Notes: a model not told the origin generated them from the sequence alone. Positions 52,729 through 63,680 are shown, counted from the stretch's first letter. The stretch is 64,000 nucleotides of DNA from Stegostoma tigrinum (GCF_030684315.1 NC_081377.1:22630001-22694000), one strand, 5' to 3'. A program made the numbers and translations.

Positions 52729-53745
52729 ATAATAAAATGTGAGGCTGGATGAACACAGCAGGCCAAGCAGCATCTCAGGAGCACAAAAGCTGACGTTTCG
52801 GGCCTAGACCCTTCATCAGAGAGGGGGATGGGGGGAGGGAACTGGAATAAATAGGGAGAGAGGGGGAGGCGGACCGAAGATGGAGAGTAAAGAAGATAGG
52901 TGGAGAGGGTGTAGGTGGGGAGGTAGGGAGGGGATAGGTCAGTCCAGGGAAGACGGACAGGTCAAGGAGGTGGGATGAGGTTAGTAGGTAGCGGGGGGTG
53001 CGGCTTGGGGTGGGAGGAAGGGATGGGTGAGAGGAAGAACCGGTTAGGGAGGCAGAGACAGGTTGGACTGGTTTTGGGATGCAGTGGGTGGGGGGGAAGA
53101 GCTGGGCTGGTTGTGTGGTGCAGTGGGGGGAGGGGATGAACTGGGCTGGTTTAGGGATGCAGTAGGGGAAGGGGAGATTTTGAAACTGGTGAAGTCCACA
53201 TTGATACCATATGGCTGCAGGGTTCCCAGGCGGAATATGAGTTGCTGTTCCTGCAACCTTCGGGTGGCATCATTGTGGCAGTGCAGGAGGCCCATGATGG
53301 ACATGTCATCAAGAGAATGGGAGGGGGAGTGGAAATGGTTTGCGACTGGGAGGTGCAGTTGTTTGTTGCGAACTGAGCGGAGGTGTTCTGCAAAGCGGTC
53401 CCCAAGCCTCCGCTTGGTTTCCCCAATGTAGAGGAAGCCGCACCGGGTACAGTGGATGCAGTATACCACATTGGCAGATGTGCAGGTGAACCTCTGCTTA
53501 ATGTGGAATGTCATCTTGGGGCCTGGGATGGGGGTGAGGGAGGAGGTGTGGGGACAAGTGTAGCATTTCCTGCGGTTGCAGGGGAAGGTGCCGGGTGTGG
53601 TGGGGTTGGAGGGCAGTGTGGAGCGAACAAGGGAATCACGGAGAGAGTGGTCTCTCCGGAAAGCAGACAGGGGAGGGGATGGAAAAATGTCTTGGGTGGT
53701 GGGGTCGGATTGTAAATGGCGGAAGTGTCGGAGGATAATGCGTTG
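52729..53745 (-). mobile_element. 5'-truncated Penelope-like element (GIY-YIG part + 3' terminus) with 11-bp TSD
   Basis: Same family as 14291-15918; GFLYIGETKRRLGDRFAEH; flanked by TAGAGGGCATG at 52718-52728 and 53746-53756. Confidence 0.93.
52792..52819 (-). ncRNA. Minimal type I hammerhead ribozyme motif in Penelope terminus
   Basis: Minus strand reads CTGATGA-A-GGG-TCTAGG-CCC-GAAAC-GTC: both conserved boxes, stem II, palindromic ACGT in place of stem III, GUC cleavage triplet. Stem I is only about 2 bp. Activity untested. Confidence 0.65.
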
Positions 53746-54399
53746 TAGAGGGCATGTTCTGTGCTTGAAGAGCTAAATTAAAACTAACCTCTGAAAATGT
53801 GATTACATTGAGCTAGCAGTCAGCTATTGGCCGCCTTTTACCCAAGACAAGGGTCATCAATAAGATTTATTAGGCCATCTTTTTATTAAAAACAAATTCC
53901 CCAAAACACACTATTGAGAGTTGCAAGGCACAAATGATTAGAGACAAAAACGTCCACGTGGTCATTGAGAATCTAAAGGCGATGCAGCAGTTTTGCTTTA
54001 TTTGCTTTAAAACTGTCTTTGTGTTTTTATGACGGAACTATGGAGAAAAAGCAGAAAATGTGAAATACTCAGGAAACAGCTATGGAATTGTAGAGTTAAT
54101 GATCAGAATTTTACAGGGGCAGGGGATGGCAGACTGCTCACAGGCCCAGAAGGACACCGAACAGCAGCTAATCGAGTGAAAAGCAAGTACAGACCTGCAA
54201 TGTGTTGTGGGTGGCTGGCTTAACTGGTAAAGAATGGAACTTGTGTCACTCGGAGAAGAAGTCCTACTCTCAGATTGGCTGGAAGTCCCAGCAGAGCCAA
54301 GACCGTGGTAGTGGTGGGTGCAGCTGGACTTTCAAGAAGTAGCACTAAGAAAGCTCAATGGATCCTTGGAGTGAGCTAAGTTCAGGGCATAGAGTCTGG

Positions 54400-54770
54400 T
54401 CGGGTGAGTGTTTGAGGGGGATGGTGTCGAAGGGGCCTTTACTTTGAGCTCAAAGGAATGAAGGGACCATTGCTCTGTATTCTAACCCCTTGTCATCCCT
54501 GTCCCAGGAGTGTTTTATAGAGGCAGTGTTATGGGAACTTAACTAAAAGTAAACCGAAAGTATAGAGAGTTGGGAGAGTTTTTTTCTCTGTACTCAACCC
54601 TGTGCTGTCCTTGTCCTGGTTGGATGCCGTGTTGTGGGAACTTTACATTCAGTTCATTTTCAGTCCAAAAGAGCAGACTGAGCTTTTTTCTGCATTTAAC
54701 CCCAGACTGTCTCTGTCCCAGGAATGCTTTGTGGGGATGGTGTCCAGGGGACTTTGCATTTTCTACTTGT
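54400..54770 (+). repeat. Degenerate minisatellite-like repeat, about 70-bp core in 3-4 copies
   Basis: CTCTGTA.TCTAACCC..G...TCCCTGTCC..GGAGTG...GGGAACTT recurs near 54473, 54586 and 54688, with a partial copy near 54405. Confidence 0.6.
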
Positions 54771-55167
54771 TAAAATGAGTAGACCCCAGAGGGTTTGACT
54801 ATCTTGCAGAAAGGGGCAAGGGGGTTAGGCAGTGGGTTTCTGAGAGCAGGCAGAGAGGAAGGACGTATGCATTTCTTTGGGTGAGGGTGTTGATGCGCCT
54901 CTGCTGTGCAAAGGGCTCCTTCCCAGTCCTTCCTGCCATGCAAACTGTATTTTGTCATCAATGTCATATTACCCGGGTTAATTGAAATGGCAACAAGCTC
55001 AGTGAGCCTTTAGTTATTTCCATGCTCACCCACCTGCCATGTTATGGGATGGGCTTGGGGTAGTTAAAAGTTTGGGCTGGGCACTTGCCCCATGTGATAT
55101 TACCCCCTTCCCCTATTGTTTAAACCGTGCCCAGTAGGGACAGTAAAATCCAACTCAATATTTTAGG

Positions 55168-55270
55168 TCTGATGAAAGGTCATCAATGAGAAATGTTAAC
55201 TCTCTTTCTCTCCACATATTTGTGCATGACCTGTTTGAGCATTTCCAAAATGTTTAATCTTTCAGATTTA
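55168..55270 (+). mobile_element. Old Penelope-terminus element with decayed hammerhead
   Basis: CTGATGA-AAGGTCATCAATGA-GAAATGTTAAC followed by sequence resembling the right arm of 27517-27679. Confidence 0.55.
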
Positions 55271-56414
55271 TATTGAATGTATTGCTCAATAAAGCATCTT
55301 TAAAACCAACTTTTAAGAAACTTAAGAGTTATGACTGTTAATTCCGTTGATAAAACACTGCTTCCAACTGCTCATTTGGAATAATTTATCTCAACTAAAA
55401 TCAAAACAATAATGATCACCACCATAAAATGTGTTTTTCATGCTAACAGGGTTATGTATGACACTTGTTACCATTATGAGCAACGTGAGGAATTTTCCAG
55501 TAAAGCTTGATGATTAAACTTGTTTAATTTTACTGTGATGCAGAACAATTGCTGTTGTAGAATGAGATTTTGATTCTATCTCCGAACATTCTGTTTTATC
55601 TTTCGTTGTAAATCTCAGTGGGTGCAGTGCCTGAGGCAGATTACTCTCTGCAATGATTTTTGGAGGAAAGCAGGGTGACTGCCTAGCCCACGGTGGGCAG
55701 GGGAGGGGATTGATGAAAGTTAGCGTGGTGCCATGAGACTTCCCATTTAGTTTCCAGTGAGCTCACTTCAGGGATCCATTGAGCCGCCTTAGTGCTGCTT
55801 CTTGCAGGTCCAGCTGCAGGTCTTGGCTACTAAGGTCTTGGCTCTGCTGGGACTGCCACTGTCTCATCCAGAGCCAATCATATTATGCAGCCCCTTCACC
55901 CTGTAGCCTTTCAATTCTTCCTTTGATTCTGTAAACAAAGGCCTGAGTCTTTAATTTTACCTTTGCTATGGTTACCATTCACCACTGTCTCTTGTGTAGT
56001 CCCCTCTGACCTGTATGTAATTATTCCAAGTTAAAATATTTTTAATGCTGATCAACCATGATCAGTGCCGTATTGCCAATATTTTGAAGTCCACCTTCCC
56101 GACTTCAAAGCAAACTGGAAACTAAATGGGAAGCCTCATGGCAGCATGATAACTTCCATCACTCCCCTCCCCTGCCCACTATGTGCTAGGCAGTAACCCT
56201 GTTTCCCTCCAAAAATCATTGTGGCAGATGTGGAGAAGACATGTTTTAAAGCAACCTGAATTATTGTTCATAGTATTTACTAAAAAAAACTTGAGAATCT
56301 CTAGAAATGCATGAACTTTATATAAAATGGAACAGAAATATAACTGAGTTTACAGAAAATTGGGATATTTCACTTTTCACTAATAATGTGTTTCTCCCTG
56401 TGTTGTCTAACTAG

Positions 56415-57118
56415 GTGCAAGCATGGACAACTGCAAGACAGTAGGAAGCCATAGTGGGGTGTTTGTGCAAGTTGGACTGGAAAGCCCATTTTTGGAACAA
56501 GTGGGGAAAGCGGATTCCATTCACACTTGTAGAAATGCCTGCTGTCAGAAATGCCACTGCAATGCTGCATGGCTGTTGGAGGGGAAATGTCATCTTTTAG
56601 ACTGTAGGCTGCAAGAAAACTGTCAGCTAAACCAAACAGGCAGATCAAACTCCATTCTAATATTTATTGATAGACTTTCCCCTTGTGGGGATATGCACAG
56701 TCTTATGCACAGAATTTTAAAAGAAGATTTTCATTACAAAATTGAGGCTAGGACTTCAGATCAGACCACAATTGATAGAACATCAACTAAAGGCACGTTG
56801 TCTGGATATTCATTGGTAGCAAAGCAAAATAAAATATTGTCCAGAATAAGACGTGAGGTATCTAAACCATTTAGTAATCCTGCAAAGTTGCTGCAAAGTA
56901 ATGGTGGTACTCCCTATGATGGCAACAAGGATTTAAATCCATCCGGGCACACAGAACAGAAAAACAAGAAGCATTTAAAACAGCGTTCATACCAAGATCT
57001 GCAGACCCCTCAAAACAGCCTTAAGGAAAATGATACTGTGAATGATCAGTTTCCGAAATATTCAGCACCTACTTCAAATGGGAGAAACTTAAAGGAGATA
57101 CAGACTCTACCTCCTGAG
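56415..57118 (+). CDS. KIAA0319L: KIAA0319L second coding exon, MANEC/MANSC cysteine-rich domain plus linker
   Basis: ctag| acceptor phase 1. CRNACCQKCHCNAAWLLEGKCHLLDC...C...SNSILIFI fits the MANEC pattern; GAG|GTAACA donor phase 0. Confidence 0.92.
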
Positions 57119-57309
57119 GTAACACTTCATTTTCTTTTTTCTTTACAAACATTTCTTGCTGAACTGATACTTAAATAAATGTGATACCAGCAGAAATCTT
57201 TTCCTCCCAATCTTGATAAGTCAATGTATGCTTGATTCCAATGTGTGGTTTACTTTGGAAAGCTGTTCGTGTTCAGCAAGTTGGTGGCACTCCATCTTGA
57301 TGCATCCGT

Positions 57310-58335
57310 GAATGAAACAAAAAATGGAAGTAGACCATTCAGCCCATGAGACTGCTCCAGCCATTCAACATGATCATATCTGTTGTTCTATCTCAATACC
57401 ATATGGCCACACTCTCCCTATATTCCTAGCAGCTGTACCTCTAGAACTCTTTTTTTTCTTCAAAGTTTTCAGTGATTTGACCTCCACAGCCTTGTATGGT
57501 AGTGAATTCCGTCAGTCTTCACTCAGGTAGTGGTGAAGTTTATATTCATCCCAGTCCGAAATGGCCCACCTCTTATCCTGAGATCATAACTCCTTGTTCT
57601 GGGTGTCCTGGCCAGGAGAAACATCACCCCTGTATCTAGTCTGCGTCACCCTTTCAGAATATGTTGAATATATTGCCCTTATCTATGCACCTGGTTACTT
57701 CTTTGAAAAATTCCATCAAGTTAGTCGGACACAACCTTCCCTTAACAGACCCATGCTAACTTCTCTAATCTCTGCCTGTCAGTGCAGTTAATTTGGTCCG
57801 TTAGAGTTGCTTCCAATAGTTTTCTCACCACTGAGATGAAACTGAGTGACTTGTAGTTTTGTGATTTAACTCTCGTCCCCTTCTTGAAAATGGTACAGCA
57901 TTGGCTGTCATCCAGTCCTCTGTCACCACTCCTGTGGCCAGGGAGGAATTGAAAATGATTACGAGCACCTTTGCTATTTCCTCCTTGCCTCACTCAATAA
58001 CTTGGGATGCATTTCATCTGGCCTGGAAACTTAACAACTTCGAAGTTTGCTAGACTACTTGAAACCTCCCCTCTGTCATGCTGACTCCCTTCAGCGAATG
58101 CAACAAACCTGTGATCCCAGGAATCAGTCTGTTGAACCTTTGCTGCATTCCCTCTATGGAAACTATCTCTTCTCTTGGGTAAAGAGGCCACATCTGCACA
58201 CACTGCTCCAGGTATAGTCTCACCAAGGCCCAGTATCATTGCAGTAAAACTTGCCGCAGCGCCCAATCTCTCCTACAATGAAGGCCAATATCCAGATTGC
58301 CGCCTTAATTGCTTGCTGCACCTGCATATGCCTTA
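57310..58335 (-). mobile_element. CR1 LINE fragments
   Basis: IFKKG...NYKSLSFISVVRKLLE CR1 RT motif; CR1 tail near 57320. Confidence 0.75.
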
Positions 58336-59167
58336 GAGAATCATTGATTTTTGTTTTAAACATAGCATATTCTCACTGAACACATTGGAATTAATGGAGC
58401 TTCGTTCATTCGCCATAATGGGGTAGCTCACTGTCAGTCGCCTTGGACCTATATATTTCTTTAGAACCAGTGTCGTGTTGGAAGAGGTTTTGGAGGCTGC
58501 TTTAATGAGTAGTAGTAATAATTTGGTATAATTATCAAAGTGTACAATACCATTTCCCATTAATCTTCCCATTAATCTGAACTTCTGATCAAAAATCAGA
58601 GTCATGATCTGTGCATTTCTCTTGCATTTTGGAAAAATGCAAAACCTCCAAGAAGTGCCGTATCTTCAGTTGGTTAAATTATTTACTGCTGTGTTGAAGT
58701 TACCATTGTAAATGCTAGAAACTGAGGCAAGTGTAATTATCATCTGGTCTTGGTGTTCAGTACCAAATTTTGAATGTATGCCGTGACATGGTCTTCAACC
58801 ACCCGGTCAAGTTAAACATTCTTTCATACCACGCCAATATATTTGAAGCTAATAAAGTAAAGTTTTCAGAGGACATTTTAAAAATCTCTAATAGATTTTT
58901 TTTCTCCCTGATTGAGTACCAACTATGTGCCTAGAGTAGAAGCGTTGAGACAATCCTGGATGGTTGACAATCTTATAATGAATATGTGGCCCATACACAC
59001 TGGCATTACTGCTGTACTGGCCACTTAATCTTGTCACTTAGATATAAGATGGAGAGAGGAGGTGAGTTGTAGTTAGACTATTCCGCTTTTTATCACTTTT
59101 TAAGCCCTTTTTTAAACTTCAGTTTCAAGCATGTAAGGTGACACAGCAAATTAAAATACACAAGAAT

Positions 59168-59260
59168 CTGAAGAAGGGTCCCAACCTGAAACGTCAAGCT
59201 TTCCTGCTCTTCTGATGCTGCTTGGCCTGCTGTGTTCATCCAGCTTCACACCGTGTTATC
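59168..59260 (+). mobile_element. Short Penelope-terminus element with hammerhead core
   Basis: CTGAAGA-AGGGTCCCAACCT-GAAACGTC followed by family sequence GATGCTGCTTGGCCTGCTGTGTTCATCCAGC; AAGAAT on both flanks. Confidence 0.8.
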
Positions 59261-60314
59261 TAAGAATTTTTTTTTTGGCACGTTCTCCAAGTGCAGTTAT
59301 TCTTCAAATTTAGTGGCAACATATGCTACATTCTGAATAAATTTTCAATGTTTTTAGCATCAAGTGGTGTGGCTACACTAAGCATACTTTAGTGTTGGAC
59401 TTTTTCAAAAGCTATTAAACCTCCTCATAAAGGAAGATGAAGTTCCACTCGTGTTATTCTCTTATTTTGTTGCTTAATGCTTTGTGGTTGGAGTATTATT
59501 CAGGCTTTTTTTTCTAACTTGCAAAATAAATCCTTTTGAAGTTACAAGGTAAATTGGTAAATTTGTTTCTTAAGCTATCCTGCATAAAATGTGCTGAATA
59601 TAACATTGAATTCATGGAGAAATTATTTGAAATAACTGCATAGTGTGGTACTTCCATTAGCAGGGCTTGGATAGGGATGATGTAGTCAGTGGACTAAGTA
59701 ATACCTAGCTCATCCGTATGAGACTGTAATCCACCCTGGTTGTTTCAGTCATCTTTAAAGCCATAAAGGAATGCTTCATGAACAACAGCAAAGTACCAAG
59801 ATGGAATTATAGCCTTGAAGGGAACAAGTAATGTAGGGGTTAGGAGGGGTTCTCGGACAGTTTTTGGTTTGTAAGGCACCGCCACTGACTAGCAATGCAG
59901 TGGCTATATGTGGCTAGCACTGTGGATATTGTGCTGTAATGTGTTCCAGGAATTACATGAATTCTGCCTGGAAACCATCAGACAATAACTGTCCTTTGTG
60001 TTGTTGTGACCTGGGGCCTGGGGTGGGTAAGGTACATCAGGGCCTAATAACCTCGGGCTCTGTGGGCTTACTGTGCTTGGGTAAGGGATCAAGCAGAGAC
60101 CTGTACCAAGATTAGCATGAGGGCTTATGATTTCTGACCTTGCCCCTGGTGGTTACAATATAGTGAGTTGCAAATGATTCATAGTGCTGAGCAGAGGATT
60201 CATTTTTGTGAACTAGTTATTGACACTTTATCTTAAATTACATAAAGGTTTGCTGTTTGGAGTTATTGAGTATTAGTGATAAAATAAAACTACTGAATGG
60301 AAACTGAAATAATC

Positions 60315-61540
60315 TGTTATGAGATTGTATACAGTATTCATGACTTGGAGGGCAGGAAGTAAGAATTTGTTGGTTAAAAATGATAGTGGGGAAAAATGTG
60401 TATCGTCCCTTTAAAAGGTGATGTTTTCTCTGTGATCAGGAATTTTTAACAAGTATGTCTGTGAGCAGCAGCTGGAGGGTGCCATTACAGAAAGTACCCA
60501 AAATTGAAACATTTATATAAAAGGTCAAGCACCGTCTTTTTTGGCCAGGACAACTGTTCTAAATGTTAACCAATCGATTTGAACCAAGCTCTCTGCTACA
60601 AAAAACCAATTGAATTTAAAGCTGATGGTTTTGGCAGCCTGCAACAAATTGTATTGGAAGAAATGGATGTGTCATCAGTGGGGGAGGGAATCATATATAA
60701 AGATGAGGGCATTTGGAAAATCAGGGAGAGCTAGCTGTCGTCTGAGGGGACAAGAACTGCAGATGCTAGAGTCCAAGAAACACAGTTTGGAGCTGGAGGA
60801 ACACAGCGGGCCAGGCAGCATCAGAGGAGCAAGAAAACTGACGTTTCAGGTCGGGGCCCTTCTTCAGAAAATGTTCTTCTGAAGCTGCTGGGACTGCTGT
60901 GTTCCACCAGCTCCAAACTATGTTGCCATCTGAGGAGAGAGCTTGCCCACCATTTGAGAAATAAGCCCGAGCGCGCTCAGGAAATCGGTAAGCTCTTTAA
61001 AAATGTACCGTCTTAATAAAAAGTACCTTGGTACTTTTCGCTTAGGGTCCTCATAGAAGAAATTACGGAGAAGACATCCCTGACAGCAAAATCAGCAGAG
61101 GAACGTGTTTGTGGAGTAATAGAAAAGCCAGAGCGTTCCTGAAGACCATCTGTGTGGACTTGGAGAGATTACATTTTAATTTATTGTAGTCTTATTAATT
61201 GGGTTTATTTAAGTGGGACTTGTGTTTATTTGAACAATATCGCAGTAGAATTTAGTTCAGTTAGTGGGTGGTTAATAGCCTAAGGGGGAATTGTTCGGTT
61301 TGTTAGTAATTCTGTTAATTTGTTAATTGTTAGAGTTAAATAAATAAATTGTTCCTTGTTATGTATAAAGTGAATCAGGGATTTTCTTTCTTTGGACTAT
61401 TCTTTTAACAGATTACGAGGGGAAAGGCAAGCTTTTCGGGGGTAATTCTTTGAAGGTAACCCCTAGCTCCATCATAGCAGATATGGTGTTGTTTTTTGGT
61501 TTAATTATCGGGAGGGTTTGGCCATTCCCCCTCCTTAACA
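60315..61540 (+). mobile_element. Possible solo LTR
   Basis: TGTTA...TAACA termini, CCAAT motifs near 60570 and 60606, TATATAA near 60694, AATAAA near 61339. No clear TSD and left boundary uncertain. Confidence 0.35.
60751..60921. mobile_element. Palindromic short Penelope-terminus element
   Basis: AGTTTGGAGCTGGAGGAACACAGC ... GCTGTGTTCCACCAGCTCCAAACT inverted arms; hammerhead core on minus strand 60840-60867; degenerate 17-bp direct repeats on the flanks. Confidence 0.8.
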
Positions 61541-62406
61541 TTTGGAAGAAAAATGTATTTCAATCAGTGAAAAATTGTGAGAAAATATTTCTGTTAAACG
61601 GTCAAACTTCAAGTTTGTATTTAAACATTCGTGATGGCTTGTATTTTGTTATTTAACCTAGATAGAGCTAATAAATGTGAGAAGTTTTAATTTAATGCAT
61701 ATTGTTTATTTGCCATGTTGATTCAGTCGATTTACCTAGTGAGTATTGAGACAGAGCAGATGGCTGACGTGGTCACACTATAACTTTTATGCCAATTTTA
61801 GCGTAATTCACTTTGATTATTGCAGTGCTTTGGTTTAGCTTCTCCAGTCCTGAGTTCGGAGGATGAAAATCAGCCAGCTTTCTTGTTCTTGCTTTCCATC
61901 CAGCCTACATAAATTTGCTTAGTTTGAGGTAGGGGGCCGAATGTTCTTTGTTCTGACTGTGGTGTCCTTTTGTATTTCAAGCCAATGTACACGAAACTGC
62001 ACTCTAAATTGCCTGGTGTCTCAAATGTTTTTCAATTTGTAATCTATTTGATTTCCTCCTTTATATGGAATATTTGACCGTGTTCAAATGGTTGTATAAA
62101 TTAGACTTATAACCATGAGACTATTATATTACATATTAAATCTGATATTACTGATTAATATGCCACATGTTACTTCTGTTTAAAAGCAAGGTAGACTCAT
62201 GTTTGTATATCTATTAATCTTTTTCAACACTAATGTTCCTGAAGCTGTATTTTTGTATGAATAGTTTCAAAGCTTAATTTTATAAATCGGTATTAAGTAT
62301 GTTTCCATTATTTGAAAGTTCACCTAAAAAGCATGAGAAAAATCAGATTTTAGTTTTGCCAAAAGATGTCTAATTGAAGTGTTAATTTTCTCACCAATTT
62401 GTTCAG

Positions 62407-62671
62407 GTCCCTGAAGGAACCTCTTTGCCAAACACTGCCTCTTTAGTTGTTCCTCCTAATTCCAATGTGTCAAGTCCATCAGTCAGTCAGAAATGGATGC
62501 AGGTGAATGCAACAAACATCAGTATAGCTGAGACACTGCTCGTTACCACTCTTCCAACTCCGCTCCTGAGCATGTTACCAGCACAAGTGAAAACTACAGC
62601 AATGGAACAAGATGTAACTCCTCCTCCTACATCCAACACTACAAGTGCAACTAGTGTCGCAGGAAAACCAG
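62407..62671 (+). CDS. KIAA0319L: KIAA0319L third coding exon, Ser/Thr/Pro-rich stalk (gene continues beyond window)
   Basis: ttcag| acceptor phase 0, 265 nt open S/T/P-rich frame VPEGTSLPNT...TSVAGKP, CAG|GTGAGC donor phase 1. Confidence 0.8.
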
Positions 62672-62875
62672 GTGAGCTAATTCAGTGCTTGAGTTCCCCT
62701 GGCTTAACAGTCATATCAATATTCATTATTTCATTTCAGTGATAGATGAGCCCAACAGAAATAAATATCACACAACATTGATTCCTCCTCAATTAATGAG
62801 TCAGAAGGCTGAGTGCAAAGTTCAAAATCAAACCTTTGTCTTTCTGCTGAGGTAACAGAAGTTACTCTGATACAG

Positions 62876-63222
62876 GGAGGCGATGGCCTAGTGGTATTAT
62901 TGCTGGACTGTTAATCTGGAGGTCCAGACAATGTTCTGGAGACCTGGGTTCAAATCCCGTCATGGCAGATGGTGGAACTTGAATTCAATAAATAGCTGGA
63001 ATTAAGAGACTAATGATGACTGTGAATCCATTGTTGATTGTTGGAAAAACCCGTCTGGTTCACTAATGCCCTTAAGGGAAGAAAACTGCCAACCTTACCT
63101 GGTCTGGCCTACATGTGACTCCAGACCCACAGCAATGTGGTTGACTCTGAACTACCTACTGGGCAATTAGGGATGGGCAATAAATGCTGCCGCGCCAGCA
63201 ACACCCTCATCCCGTGAATGAG
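62876..63222 (+). mobile_element. tRNA-derived SINE with LINE-derived tail
   Basis: TGGCCTAGTGG A box, GGTTCAAATCC B box; tail GGGCAATAAATGCTG similar to the 3' end of the LINE at 4075-5275. Confidence 0.85.
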
Positions 63223-63593
63223 TAAGGGATACTTGTACCATCCCCGAATGCATGTGCCACCTTGTAGTTTTTGCCCTCTAGATTTTAAACAGGCAAGAAT
63301 TGGGTACATCCTGCTCTGCTGGAGTTATCTGCTCAAGAAAATTATTGTCGTGATTTGAAGGTGAAAATAAACTTTTCTGCATCCCTCATGTTGAAGCTAT
63401 GATCTTATGAATTAGGAGCAGAAGAAGGTCTTTTGAGTCTGCTCCACCATTTAATAAGATCATAGATGATTGATTTGTGTTTTGAATTCCGCTTTCCTAT
63501 CTGTCCCCAATTTCCTTTGACTCCTTTTGAGACAAGCTTTTTTCATCATCTTTTCTAGGGAAGAAGGAAAAGATTAGTTTATCAGAGAGAAAG

Positions 63594-63680
63594 AAAGGGT
63601 CTAGGCCCGAAACGTCAGCTTTTGTGCTCCTGAGATGCTGCTTGGCCTGCTGTGTTCATCCAGCTTCACACTTTGTTATC
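63594..63680 (+). mobile_element. Short Penelope-terminus element truncated inside the hammerhead
   Basis: AAGGGTCTAGGCCCGAAACGTCAGC...TTTGTTATC, near-identical to the reverse complement of 14328-14414; CTGATGA box missing. Confidence 0.85.

Noticed and set aside
54400-54770. Repeat-spacer pattern superficially like a CRISPR array
   Set aside because: Vertebrate intron, long degenerate repeats, no cas genes.
62876-62965. tRNA-like A/B boxes (also near 2180, 12375, 13825, 21965, 45880)
   Set aside because: SINE heads without a complete cloverleaf; not tRNA genes.
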